DNA of 64,000 bases from Paragordius varius (lineage: Eukaryota; Animalia; Nematomorpha): assembly GCA_964247055.1 (NCBI GenBank), contig OZ176050.1, positions 5,704,001-5,768,000 of the forward strand, given 5' to 3'. The notes under the pieces were generated by a model. The model saw only the letters and a list, made by a program, of their open reading frames with translations. It had not been told where the DNA came from and did not search any database. Positions 41,073-55,300 of the stretch are shown in pieces. Position numbers and translations under genes: made by a program. Numbering within the stretch: position 1 is the first letter of the stretch; each line of letters begins with the position of its first letter.

Positions 41073-44000
41073 TTATTGCTCCATAAATATATCTTCTCTT
41101 TCTTCAGGCACTGCCCATAACAATTTTTGGGTTGCGATTGAAATTTTGTCTAATTATTGAGATTAAATAATTGAAAATTTTGTGACAATAAGTATCATTT
41201 ATACAAAAATTTTGGATTATATATTTATAATCTTGGATAAAAAATATTAATATATACAGTAACAACGTTTTTTTATTTTTTTATTCGGGTCTCTTAAAAT
41301 TTAAGGTTACCTATTTTTAAACTAGTTATTCAATTAATTCGATTTTAAATACGCTCAGCACATTAAGTAGACATTGTATTTTTGACCAAATTTTAACAGA
41401 CACGCGCAATATTACAGTTAGTTATCTTACTGTTTTTCGTTTGGAACCATTCGTAAGTTGATATGTATTTAGCTCCATAAAAAATTGGAATACCCAGGCA
41501 CACTGCGGCCATACCCAGAGAGGCGTTGTTATTCTCAGTAGCGATTGGAACGATAAGCAAAAATAAGCATACCAAACCAAATATCACCGGAATAATGAAT
41601 TCATGGATCTAGATTTTCATAAAATTTGATAAGTAATGAAAACGTTTTTTACAGTAAAAATCAGAGTAATATTAAATGCAAAACTAAAAGACTAATAATT
41701 ATTTATAAAAGCATCAATATTTTTTAAACCTTACTTATTTTAACCTACCGTTTTAGCGGTTTTAAAATAAGAAATAGAGATATAAATTGGTTACAAATAT
41801 ATATTTCATAATCGTAATCATAGTTTACTTGAAAAATTAAAGATCACAATATATTGTTTTTCTTTGTTATACGCTTTGTCTTTATAATTTAAATTTTTAC
41901 TTACAACTGTTCATTAACTGAAAACATACTTTGATTTTATTTTGTTTGGGATTTCCTCCGTTGCTACATTTTAACTTCATGAGCGCTATAACGGTTAGCA
42001 AATTGAATAAGGCATCCACGAATGAATGGAAGTTAATTAGCGTTATGATGTTATATAGGATCGCATAAAATACAGTGATTACACCCTATATAAAAATATA
42101 TTATAAAATGTTTTTTAATTTTATTTAATTAGCTTGGTATTAAAAAGAAATTTAATTACTATGAATATTAGTGAGGCAATAGGCGTTAAATACTTGATAT
42201 TGATGATGGAAAAAATAAAGGGGAAGTTGCCGTCTCTTGCGCTTGCAAAAAATATTCTAAAAATGGAAGGAATATTATAAAAATTAATGTTTTTTTGACA
42301 ATTATTATTACCTTGATCCCACAAAAAGAGATCCGTTTAAATTGCCAAAAATGGAAAGAGCTACGAAAATGGACATGGCATATGAAGAAATTCGACCCAA
42401 ACTTTTATCTATAAATGTCTACAAATAATAAAAAAACACTATTTTCAATGTATTTGTGTATGAACTACAATAGGATTTCCGTTAAAGGAGCTTCGTAATA
42501 TATACTTTTTGTGTTTAAATTTTTAATTATATTACAAACTCTAAAAAAACGGTTGTTCTCTACCCCTTTATTAGCGATAAAGTTTTTTAAAATATTCACT
42601 TGATATTATATAAGGCAAAGGTTCTGCAATCGTATTTTTTGGGTTATAATGTTTTTGTTAATTGGTTTTAATTAGCATATACGATTTTTATAATTATTAA
42701 TTGATGTTAACACTCAGATTTCTTAAAATTTTACATCAGTTTTAGAATAATTTGCTTGTAAAAAAAGTATTAATTTTTATGATTTGATTAATTAAAAATT
42801 TGTTTATTATATTTCAGTTTGAATAATAATTTAATGGGAGAAATTTTAAAAATAATTAAAAATTATAATAAATACCAACCCTAGCGACAATTTTGGTTTG
42901 CATCATTTCACTTGGGGTTAAAACAGCCATATACGCTATGTTAGTTGCAATATATATAAGAGTTACACCGATCAATGATATGAAGAGAGATCTTGGATAG
43001 TTTCTACCAAAATTTATTGACATAAAATTAACTTTTTTGGTTCCTTCATTTCTTCCATAATTTGGTTGAGAGATGTCCTAAATAATTATAAAATTAATAA
43101 TAAAATATATAGCCAAATAGGAGTTAAAAAACTTATTAATAGTTTAAACTATGTCTAAACAAATGTTTAGCTTAATATTCAATGCAATATTTATAATTAA
43201 TTTTGAGATTATAGATATTACAATTGGCTGTAAAATTAAGGTAAAATATTTTTTATCTGTTTGGACATATTTTCCACAAGTTCCGGTATGGTCAAATATG
43301 TTAAGATATTCTTTTAAAAGTTGTTGCTTTGATTTAAAAATAATTATTTAGCATATAAAAATATTGCTCAACCCTGGCTTTTTTGCTGTAATTTAAGAAC
43401 AAAATCAAACAATTTTTTTCAACAATTTTTTTCGACACATTTTCCCTGACATAATAGTAGCTTCCACCTCGCATAATTTTCGATTGTCTCTTGAATGTTT
43501 TTACAAAAACAAAAAGTATGTTTTTTGAAAATATTATAGATTTAAATATCTCCTTCTATGCAGAAACTTTAGTGGTTGTATCCTAACAAATTGGAGCTAA
43601 GTTCAAATCTCTGCTAATAAGTAACAGCATCACTAATTTAGTAAAAAGCAATGCGCTATTTATTTGAAAAAAAATCAAGGATAAAGTTAGTTAATGGCCC
43701 ATTTCATATTTTTACGTACAACAAAATTATATACCATCCTGCGTATGCATACAAAGATTGGTAGGCAGCTAGAGCCAGAAATCCGGCATTTAAATGAGAC
43801 CCGGCAAAAGCCACTTCTGGTGAAAACATTTTGTATTTACCATCTACATTTAGGATAAAAACACTTTGCATATTATAAGATAAATAATATTTATCAATTC
43901 TAAACACCAATTTATTTAAATAATTATATGGTAATTATTTGAATAGGTACCGAATATAAGTTTATACCATCCAACAAGTATGATAACTACAAGGGCGGAC

Positions 44001-45646
44001 AATTTACATGCTGTAAAAACATTTTGTATTCGCGTGACCCATCGGACTTTGAGACAATTGATGAACACGAGCAAGGCTAAAAAATATTATATTTATGCAT
44101 AAGGTATTTATATTCATTACTGGTGTAAATCTCGTGCTGCTACGCAGCCCGAGGAAGTCATTCGGACTTCTGAGGGGGGAGGGGGACTATTTGAAAAAAG
44201 GGAAAATAAAATGATCCACATATGTGGATTATTTGGAAACATTATTTAATAGCTATTATCTCATAGGAATTTCAAAACGATCATACTAATATATTAAAAA
44301 ATGGCATTTTACGGGGGGGGGGGGGGTAAAAATAGGGCCTAAGCGAGCCGACTATGTTCGGCGCAATCAAAAATAAGTAAACAAAAATCATATTTGAAAT
44401 TGAATGGTCCAACACGTGCTCCGGAAAATTGTCTCGGAGACACGATTTTTGTGAACTTCTGTTTTTAAAAAAACCCGTTTTTACACGGGTTGGGCCCGAA
44501 CTGGGGGCCTAATTCAAAAAAAGGGCGAAGTTATTGTGGGGGCATTCATTAATGCTTATAACTTTTCAATATTTGGATTTGAATGGGTTTACCGGCTTTC
44601 CGGAAACAGATCACAAAGCCATCATTTTCCATTTTTATAAATTTATAGATTATTTACTTTGATTACGGATTAATAATTTTGAAAATCGCACCGTTTGCAC
44701 CTCAAGAGTTTGGTTAATGTTTTTTAATTTACATAATGTGTATGATTTATTATACGGTTAAAATAAAAATTATCATACATAATCACATAATTATTTTACA
44801 TTAACGAGCACTATTTATAGGTCATATCTGTATTTTAAATTGATAAAAAAGGTATCAAATTTACATGTCTGTTGACATGTATGATATTTTAATTTATTAA
44901 TTACATATTTATTGTTACCCCACAATCAAAAATGTAACGAATAAAAACGGAAAAAAATCTCATACAGAGATGTATAAATACCTTTTAGCCATTAAAAATA
45001 CAGAATGGCCTATCAATGCTTAGTATATCTAAAACCCCACCTTATAACCAATAATATAGTTACATAATGCGAAAAATAAAATACCCATTAAACTAATGGC
45101 CACCAATTTAATTGCCATGGCCGGAATCGGACCATCCAAAAACGGTTCCATCATGTAACGGGAAAAGGCTAAGGAATTGGCCGCTTTCCCTGTCGTGTTT
45201 ATGACTAGTAAGGACATCCAAACATACAAAAAAGCTGGCATGTTTCCGAATGCCGTTTTCAGATATGCATATTCTCCACCAGATTGTGGTATCATGATAC
45301 CAAGTTCCATATAACTTAGGGCTCCAAACAACGTGAAAATACCACATAAAGACCAAACCAGCAGGGCAGATCCTATAGAGCCTGCTTGAATCAATACGTT
45401 ACTAGGGGTAACAAAAATGCCTGATCCAATTATTATTCCCATATTTATGCCTATGCCACTCCAAACCCCAATTCCCGATTTCATTTTTATGGAGGATGAT
45501 TGGGGTGGCGGAGTGTTGGGAAGATTTGTTACATCGGATTCTTCATTAGATTTGGGAGGACTAATATGTTTGTTGTAGGTTTTCCCTCTCACCTCAGATT
45601 TGAGATGTTCAATGATCCAAGTCCGTTTTCGATTGAATAAACCCAT
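41073..45646 (-). CDS. SLC7-like: SLC7 L-type / heteromeric amino-acid transporter light chain, paralog A
   Basis: IIGSGIFVTP, GALSYMELG...SGGEYAYL...FG, IQNVFTACKL, SLYAYAGWTSLNQIMEEMKEPKKNYP, GNLNGS...SRIFFASARDG, YLTP, LIN, and last exon (41149-41073) KISIATQKLLWAVPEE. All junctions are GT-AG and in phase. Confidence 0.92.
44120..44649 (-). mobile_element. Non-autonomous Helitron (family E) in SLC7-A intron
   Basis: On the minus strand: A|TCTATAAATTTATAAAAATGG ... GCTGC-GTA-GCAGC hairpin, ACGAGATTTACACCAG|T; reverse-complement relative of 58912-59493. Confidence 0.75.
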
Positions 45647-47693
45647 GGTGATATGTAGGTAAATGATTAAATACTAATAACTGATTTTAAGATACATTTA
45701 TAAATTTTTGAATTGTGGTAATCGAATTGGTTATTTTTTTGTGTAATATAAAAAATTAATTCGGTTACATATTGGCTTTGCCATGTTTTTGTGTCATAGA
45801 TCACCTTTATTTTCTTATAAGTTTATCGAACCGTGTGTGGCATGTAATAAATAAGGGTGGATACATTTGATGACATTATAATTATTATGTAATAAAAAGT
45901 ATTATACAATCGCCATAAAGTACAAAATTGTTTTTAATCAAAACTTAAACAAACAAAACAAGGTATTATAATGTCCTGCTATTTGTACGTGCATTAATTA
46001 ATATATTTTAATACCTTAACAGGTTTAAAGCCACAAAAAAACAAGGAAACAATTTTGATAAATCATAACATTTTTATAATAATACAATAATATAATTAAT
46101 TTAATATATTATTTTGGAATTAATTTTTTAGTATCTAGCGTAGTGTAATTAATTAATTAATTTTTTTTATAAAAAATCCTTTTATTGCCAACTATTTTAG
46201 TGTAAACGATAGCTTTTTAATACGAAAATATGGCCAAATGTTTCTGATTAAATTAATATTTTTTTGTTTTTTAGTTGTAAAACATTCTGACTTGTGTAAA
46301 ACTCTCCTATGGTCATATCATTTTTGTTTTGTTTGTAAATTTTATATCTAAAAAACTTGTAAGCTTATTTTTTGGTCCACAGACTATTTAACTTATATTT
46401 TAAGATTAACGATAAACCAACGTTTTCAAATGTTTTTTTGTTTAAGCCCTATAAATCATTGATTTAATCGCGCCTTTTACTCTTATTATATTTGCTTTAG
46501 CATATGCATAAATGTCAAGGCTCTTTTAAGTTTTTGCGCCCCCCAAAAGTCTGGATCTCAAGCTGGGATCCGCTTTAGACTATTATTATCAAAAAAGGCA
46601 CAGTAAATTTTCTTTTAAAAAAATCCCCTATTTTCATAGGGATTCAAAATCGAAAAATATCGGTTTGTATGCTACATTGAGGGATATTAATAAAAATACA
46701 TCTGCTGTTTTTCCTTTGTTATTATCATACAATGTATAAAAGATTTGATTTACTAAACAAAAATCGAGGTCTCTCTCTCCTTTATAAACCAGAAAGTCAA
46801 GCAAAAGTGCTTTAAGTATTTTGTAAAAATTAACCAAGGTTAATTTAGTTTATAATTTTACAACTGATACAACCATTAGCATCAAAATAAGTTTAAGCTA
46901 CATAATTCTGTCAGGCGCTTTTAAGGTTTTTTATTTTACTGAAAGTTATGTAGCTACATGCACTCTTATTGAAGTACCACAAACCCTGAACTAGGAATTA
47001 TAAATAATTTATTATGCGTAAATTCGGTTAAATTTAAACTTAAATGGATGATTGTTTTAACAAAATTGGCCAAATAAAAACTGATTAATGGACATTTAAT
47101 TCGGTGAAATAAAAGAATGTTTTAAGGATTATTTTTTAAGTCAAAGCCATTTATTTGCTGTAGCAAGCTTGTAATTTTTATTTAAGATGTATCTAAGGTT
47201 ATTATCATATTTAAGCAACTTATTTAATTTGGTGGTATATTTTATAAAATAAATATGTGAAAGGAGATTTTTATATGCATAAGGACATAGCATACATAAC
47301 CAGACTGTAGATAACAATTGTAACATCTCTTGTTTTAATTTTAATTTAAACATATTAGAGCTATTTTGGGTGTTAACTTTATTTTATTATCAATGTATAT
47401 AATATTTGAAGCGTTCAAGAGTCGTATATAACCGTAGATGATAACCTATTTTTTTTATTACCATTATATAAAAACCTAAGAAGGGTTGTGCATTTGACTG
47501 CTTTTTCAAAAAAGTCCGGTCAGACCCAGTCAGACCATGGTCATGACCACGGTCATGACCACTTTTTACTTAAATAAATATTATGCGATATTGGATTGTG
47601 AAAATAATGTTCTTACGACACTTGCGTTTCACTAATAATGTCACGTTTTTTTAAGTTATTATACATTTTTTTGATATTAATTATTTACAAATA

Positions 47694-48734
47694 CAGACAT
47701 GTAGGCTTTATTTTATTAAACATATACTTTTTTTTCGCTAAATGGGTATTAATATTTGGTAAAGAATATAAAAACAAGAGCAATATGGTATTACCATATC
47801 ATATTCTTTAAAGAAGTGTGGGGGAAGGGCGTCAGAAATCTTTGGTAAAAAAGGAAAATCTTAAAATATTGTTAAAGGGGAATGGTAATATTTTTGTTAA
47901 TTTTTTGCAAAATTTTATATATTAATTTTTTTGATGAAATTTTTATTTAACACCTAGATTCGAATTGGGGTACTAAATATACCCCAGACTAAATTTGAGT
48001 TAGGATTTTTGAAAAAACTAGTCAAAGAAACGGTCCTTTTTATGCTTCTTTCCTAATAAAAATTATATAAATATGCCAAAATATGTAAATAAAACTTTGT
48101 TTTGAAAAAAAAGTTCCATGACAAACAACTTCGACGCCATTTTTATTTTACAAAATATTTGCAAAATGTCGTCTTCATTTGGTGTTAAGGGTAAAATTAA
48201 AGATAATTATTTATTTAAATCACATCTAACCTTGATAGAAATAGAAAAAGCGATTTATTTTGTATTCTTTCAATTTTACCATTGCACACATGTCACGTTG
48301 ACTAAATTTTTACCTTTTGGTTTCAGCTTAAAAATGAATCTGTTGTATCGAAGTGTTAAACAAAACAAATTAACCTCTTATATAGAGACTTTTATGTATA
48401 GATAAAAAAAATATTTATTATAATTTTTTTAATAGGATATCCCAATCTATCGTGAATATCCCTTTTAAAATCGTTCCCATATCAAAACAAAAAAATTATA
48501 ATTGAGATAATTACGATTTTCCTAACCCTTTTATACAATAATTTTAAGTGAAGGGTTAGTAGTTAGTGTATTTTCATTTTTTACCAAAGATTTCTGACGC
48601 CCTTCCCCCACACTTTTTTAAAGAATATGATATGGTAATACCATATTGCTCTTGTTTTTACATTCTTTACCAAATATTAATACCCATTTAACGAAAAAAA
48701 GTAAATGTTTAATAAAATAAAGTCTACATGACTG
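47694..48734. mobile_element. Long-TIR element (family D) nested in family C
   Basis: About 170-nt, highly similar inverted arms (CAGACATGTAGGC...GGGCGTCAGAAATCTTTGGTAAAAAA versus its reverse complement ending CTACATGACTG); absent from the intact family C copy; TSD ambiguous. Confidence 0.7.
47947..48359. mobile_element. Internally deleted family A MITE nested in family D
   Basis: TTAA|CACCTAGATTCGAA ... GTATCGAAGTG|TTAA, 413 bp. Confidence 0.8.
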
Positions 48735-49947
48735 TTTAAATCAAATTTAATCAAGAATTTTGTTTTTTGATAAATTTTGCCACATGTTTGTGGGCATCTA
48801 AATCTTCAAATACATTGCTTTAAATACTGGATATTTCAAATAAAATTTTTCATAATTTGTTTTACACTTTCTTTTATTGTAATATCCAATTACAAAATGT
48901 TTTCACATATATGGAATAATTGCGTATTTTGCAATTGTTTGAAATAACTGGATATGCTTGAATGCTAATGTTAAAACGATGCATACTTAACAATTTTTTA
49001 TTGTTAAATAAGCATATTTAAATATTTAATTTAAATTTTTAAAAATTTAATTAAAAAACAATAAAATCTTACTATTCATTTCCAAAAAATTTTTAGCCAC
49101 AATTTTTGAAAAAACAGCTGTTTTTTAAAATAACCGTGGTCAAAAAATAAATAGTCAGTGACCTGGTCATGATTTGGTCAGCACAACCCTACTAAGAAGT
49201 TATGGCCTAATTGTATTAAACAACCAATTTTCAAATATTACAATAAAACTATTTGATGCCCCCCTGAACATTACTCATCTCCTCATGAGAAATCACAAAA
49301 TGGATGTGTAGAAAATTATGGAAAAAGGCATGGTTCAGCGCTTTTATATAAACATATCGGTTAGGCTAAACCCATATTATGTAACGCATCGGAAAAGTAT
49401 ATATGATAATTTTTGGCTCAAGATATTTTATTTGTAATGCAGAAAATAGCCCACTTAGGGTCCTTAGTAATTTTTTAAAAGGATGGAACGGATACAAACA
49501 TAAATTTTTTAAAATGCAAAAATATAACATCAAAATGCAATAAGAGCCATGTAAAGATTTTTTAATATTGGAGTTAATTGTATGAATATTGGTAGAATAC
49601 AGTGAAAAGATGTATACATAATGATTATTAAATCATTAATAGAATAAAAAGCAAGACCTGTGTGTGTGTCTTTTATATAATGCCTGAATTACATCCAGGA
49701 CGTGAAAGCTGAAAGGAGTTAATATAAATTATTTAGATTTTTCAGCGTTACTTTTATCAGGGTCCTTTTTTGCGAAAAAGACGTCAAATCAATAAAATAT
49801 GCCATGGAGTCTGAGATATACCCTTAATTCGTTGTTTGATAATTCAAGTTATTTATAGTTTAGAGTCCCTTTTTTTCCTTATATTGGGGTAAGGACTCAT
49901 TGATCCGGACTTATGAAGCCTTTAACACTCACCTGCAACATGAGGAA

Positions 49948-50590
49948 GGCAGAACTAGGGTTGTGCATTTGACTGCTTTTTCAAAAAAGTCCGGTCAGAC
50001 CCAGTCAGACCATGGTCATGACCACTTTTTACTTAAGAAAATATCATCCGATATTTATGTGAATAACGACACTTGCGTTTCACTAATAATGTCTTGTTTT
50101 TTCTTAAAAGTTTGTATTATACATTTTTTTGATATTTATTATTTAATATTTTCAAGCAAATTTAATCAAAAAATTTTGTTTTCAAATTAATTTTGCCACA
50201 TGTTTGTGGCTTTCTAAATCTTCGAATACATAGCTTTTAATACTATGTATTTCAAAAAAATTGCCTAGTTTGTTTTATTCATCAATGAATTAATATCCAA
50301 TTATAAGATGTTTTTCATTTTATTGGTTCTATAGGGAATAATTGCATCTTTTGCAAAGTGCTTGATTATTTTGTTTTTCGAAATAACTGGATATGCTTAA
50401 ATGCTAATGTTATAAGGTTGCTTAACAATTTGTAATATATTAAATAATATTTAATTTATATGTTATAAAAAATATATTAAAAAACAATAAAATCTTACTA
50501 TCTCTCTTTCAATAGCAATTTTTGAAAAAACAACTGTTTTTTCAAATGACCATGGTCAAAAAATAAATAGTCACCAACCCTAGGCAGAAC
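49948..50590. mobile_element. hAT-like MITE (family C), intact, with perfect 8-bp TSD
   Basis: GGCAGAAC|TAGGGTTG ... CAACCCTA|GGCAGAAC; element spans 49956-50582. Confidence 0.88.
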
Positions 50591-50842
50591 TATATTTAAT
50601 ATTAATGTTTGCATATAAATACAAATAATTTATTATATTTATATGGAAAAAAATCATATTAGTTATATTTTTACCACATCTTCTTTCACCGAGTAAAGAA
50701 TCTTTTGCATTGTTTTTGTGATATTTTCTAAATTATACAAAAAAAAATATGTATATATATAATTTGTGTAATTTCAATAAATCTGCTGCTGCTTTTTACA
50801 GCTTTGTGAAAAAATTTATATCAAGCCCATATTTTTATTCTG

Positions 50843-51338
50843 TTAACACTTGGGTACAACAGATTCAATTCACTCCTTCTCAATTTGGGGTCGTTGTATA
50901 CCCCAGCTTGTTTAAAATTAAATATTTTTAAAAAATAAGGAATAAATTGTAACCATGGCAAAAGTTTGCACTTATATACATTAATGATCCGAAATATAAG
51001 ATTTATTCAAATACTTGATTTAACTTCCGAGGTAAAGCCCAAAGATAAAAATTTAGCAAAATGACATATGTGTATAATCAAAATATTAAAATAATGCAAA
51101 ATATACCACTTATTCTGTTTTTTAGCCTTAGAATCAAATAAACACCATATTTGCAAAAATGTTGTAAAATAAAAATGGCGTCGAAGTAGTTTGATACGGA
51201 ACTTTTTTCAAAATAAATTTTGTTTTGATATTTTGGCTTATTTATCTAATAATTATTAGGATAGAAGTATATATTTAAATTGGAACCGTTTCTTTTAGTA
51301 GTTTTTTTGAAAGATGTCTGGGTGTTTAGATACCCCAT
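50843..51338. mobile_element. Family A MITE, diverged, right end truncated
   Basis: TTAA|CACTTGGGTACAAC start; internal motifs catggcaaaagtttgcac and gtcgaagtagtttga shared with the 9470 copy. Confidence 0.7.
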
Positions 51339-52338
51339 AAAGTCCTTTTTTTAAATTATATTTACGAACCATAATGGCAGAAGAATAGTTAAATAAGCGA
51401 ATATGTTTTAATTAGCATACACCCATTTTATAAAAATTTTCTCCATCAAATTAAACTACAAAATAAATACAATTTAAATCAGTGGTGTGCAACGTCCCTA
51501 ATTTAATTAAACAAATCAAACTAAATTTTATAATTTGTAAAAAAATTCTATTTAATCATAATTAATATTAAATACTACTATTAATATAATTTTATCTTTA
51601 TCTTTTTGGTCAATGGCTTAATAATTTAAGAAAAATTATATGTATTGCTTGAATTTGGAAAATTCTATGGATTATTGGACAAAGTAAATTATTTTTTTAG
51701 GACGTTAAAAGTTTATGCCTGAAACAATATATTTTTTGATTAATACTATCGGTTTTTTAAGGTAAAAATATTGGCCATGGACTGACAATATAATTGGTGA
51801 AATTTGACAATTATGAATAAAATTGATTTTTGATTAAAAAATAAAGTATGTGACTCAATATATGAACTATGGAAATAAATGGTCTTAATAAAGTTTTGAA
51901 TAGAACATGAAAAGAAACATATTCTAGATAAAATATTAAATAGGGGTTGGTTAATATTTGACAATGTCTATTTTAATCATCATTTGGATGAAAATTTTTG
52001 CAGAAAACGTGAAATTTTAATAAACCTGTGTAATATCCAAATTAATTTTTTAGATGTAAGTCTTAAAGTCTCTTCAATTGGTACTCACTTGCACCCCAAT
52101 AATATAATTATAAAGATAGCCATATCCAAATATGTTAAATTTGATGATTAATGCAGTTGACTTATTCATTATGTGCGAAGGATTTAACTTATGGTTCTTT
52201 AAAAACAAGATGATTTCCTAACGCTAAATAATGATTATTTTATTGAATATTTTCTATAAAAATTATATATAAAAATATTGGTTAATTATTCAAAACGCCT
52301 ATTATTTTTACATTTAATCAATTGAAATAATTAGTCAC

Positions 52339-55300
52339 CATTGATTTTTGAGCAAAATGGGAGGTGTGAAAGATATTTGAAAATATAGTAAACAGGGATC
52401 CCACTGATAATCATTACGGCAGCCGTGGCACTCGTTTTCGGTTCCGAAGTAAATGGGAATATGAGCAAAAATAAGCAAATCAAAGCAAAGACAATTGGCA
52501 CAATTATGTTTACCTAATATTCATTGAATATATTATAAGGACGTTAAATAATAACCTTATCGCTAAATGATCATATAAATGGTTAAAAAAAATCAGAAAT
52601 TTATATTTTCACATTTTTATGTCCCTTTATAAAATAAGTAATCTATAGATCAGGGCTATCCAACGACCTTTGTTTGGTACGTAAAAGTCCTCTAAAAATG
52701 TTAAAAAATAAAAAATTTCATTTTTAATCAAAAATTTACTAGTATATAGAATATATATATATCATCCAAATTGAACTTAAAATAGTAAACAAAAAAGTAT
52801 CAAAGCAGCACGTAAAATATCTGTGTTGGAAACCCCTGTTATTTATTCAATAAGTATACTTTGAATGGTCTTTTGAGGTTTGGTTGTTTATAGCGCATTA
52901 AAAGTAGGGCGCTTACTGTAAGTAAACTAAAGAACGCTTCCGAAAATGTGTAATAGTTGATGAGAGTAAGTATGTTTGAAGACAGACAAAATATGGAAGT
53001 TATCAAACCCTAGAGAAAAAAAGAGACTGTTTATAAACCATCATTTGATTGGCAATTATTGATTGAATGAAATATATATTTTAGAATTTTAGTTTGTTAT
53101 ATCAATTGATCTCTTTTAGACTGTAATTAAAAACAATCCAATAAAGTTTTATTTTGTACAAAACACTCTAATCAAACTTTTTGTTATACATATTATTTAT
53201 TATTATTTTGATTCAAAGTCTTGAGATATATTTTTTAAAACTGAAGTGGCAATATATCAGCCGAGTGCTATTTAATCGTGTTTCTTTTTAAATATATAAT
53301 GTTTTGGAGATGGATTAACATAAAACTAATATTATATTCGGCAGATACATGATTTTCATTTTACAATATGAGTGTAAATACATTGCTAAACGACATTGCT
53401 TTATACCTTTAACAGTAAAGAGAAATATTATTCGGTAAATGCACGAAACAGCGTACAAATAAATTTTTTTCTTCGCACCAACATTAATCTAATAACTAAT
53501 ATTCTAAATGGTATCAGACAATATTTAATGAAAAAATCGCAATGTTTAATCTATAATTTAATTGATAAAAATACACCATACTATGAAGAATAAAGCAGCT
53601 AATGGTGTCAAGCGTTTGATGTTTATGGTTGAAAACAACATTGGGAAGTTACCTTGTCTTGCGCTGGCAAAAAAGATTCTATTTATATCAGTGAAAGCAC
53701 ATGTAGTAAAATTTATATTCTCACATAGTATTTACGATAATTCGAAAGATAGTTTACCTAGATGAAACTAAGATTGACCCATTCAATCCCCCAAAAATTG
53801 AGATGGCAACAAAGACTGATATAGCAATGGAATAACTGTAGCCTATACTTTGACCAATGAATGTCTATGTAATATATGTTAACGAGAAATTTTGATTTAG
53901 GATGAAAAAATTACTTATATTTTTATTATAAATACCCTCGCAACGACTTGTGAACTTGCCATTTCCTCAGGGCTAAGGACTGTCATATATGCAAGATTTG
54001 TTGTCACATAAACTAACGTAACAATAAGTATTGACATAAACAGAGATTTCGGTAGATTTCTAAGCACAAAAACAACAAGGTTAATTTAATATTATTGTAC
54101 ATATATGACATCTCAATATATAAAATTATACTTGTAAGGGTTTTGAACTTCTTCCGTCACATAATTTAAGGAGTTCCTACAATATTTTACTATTTAATAT
54201 GTTTGACATTTTAAAAAATATTGTAACTATCTAAAAAATCGTCTATTACCATCCCGAATAAGCGAATAATCCTTGAAAACTGGCCAAAGCTATTCTTCCA
54301 GGTTTATAATTGCTTCCCTTAAATGCTACAGACGGTCGGAATCTTTTATAGTTACCTTATAAAAAAATAAAATATATTTTCCCATAAAAAAGTTTAAATA
54401 CTTAAAATTAAAATATTTAATAAGGTATTGATGTTTCAAAAAACCTTGAGCTAATTCATATATCCCGACACATATGATCACTAAAAGAGCCAAAATTTTG
54501 CATGCCGTAAAAACGTTTTGTATGCGGGTAGCTAATCGAACTTTTTTGCAATTTATGAAGACTAGAAAAGCTAAATTAGGCGAAAATGATATATTTTACA
54601 CATATTAAATGCTTAATTATATATATTTCTCTTATTTTATTTCAAAATTTTCCTTTCAATATAAACAAATGTTATGTTGTCTTTAATGTGGATTTCATTA
54701 AGGAAAAATTTATTCGAAACATTATTTCATGATTATCAGTGTGTGTTAAATCATTGTAATTACAATCTCAGAGCCATCAATCTTACCCAAATAATTTTTG
54801 GGATGAGTCAAAAAATCTATAAAAAAATCGATAAAATTCCTCATTGTTGAGGGAGCTCTGACTGTTAAAAATGCCTTTTTTTCTATGTTTGGTGGTTTTG
54901 AAAACGCAAAATTTTCATCAAGCCATATAAAGCTTCGTTTTTATAATTATATACAATGAGGGAATATCTGTTAACACGTCGTTAAATATTAGCAAAGTTT
55001 GTAAAAATGTATAAGCGTAACAAAATAATATAAAAATATTATCAACCAATGATAACTGATTAACCCTTAGAACATTTTTATTTCAAAACAAATGCAGTAA
55101 GAGAACAAAGATTTTGACTTTAAAAACAATATAATCGTGCAATTAACGTCCATATGGATGGAGATGGAGTGATAATACCCCATTTTCAGGTACATCCACC
55201 CCCCTTATTATTTTGGATCATATTTTTTGTAATCAAGTCCAAGCCCATTGTATAAATTAACATTTTACACTTACTTATCAAACAGACGGCAATGAGTCTG

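Larger units (their letters stand above)
47476..49199. mobile_element. hAT-like MITE (family C) carrying two nested insertions
   Basis: Ends (TAG)GGTTGTGC ... GCACAACCCTA; CTAAGAAG at 47476-47483 and 49192-49199 is the apparent 8-bp TSD (left TIR lacks 3 nt). The sequence outside the insert matches the intact copy at 49956-50582. Confidence 0.75.

Noticed and set aside
41293-41430. Alternative SLC7-A terminal exon (KIWSKIQCLLNVL frame) or a non-AG micro-intron
   Set aside because: No AG acceptor in phase; a canonical last exon at 41149-41073 (TQKLLWAVPEE) fits the family better.
46634-46837. ORF faintly resembling a CR1-type RT (DNNKGKTADVFLLISLNVAY)
   Set aside because: The catalytic-type DxxKAFD motif is not preserved; at most a very old relic.
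52651-52838. Possible small hAT MITE (CAGGGCTATCCAAC ... GTTGGAAACCCCTG)
   Set aside because: TIRs are imperfect, flanks show no 8-bp TSD, and there is no second copy in the window.
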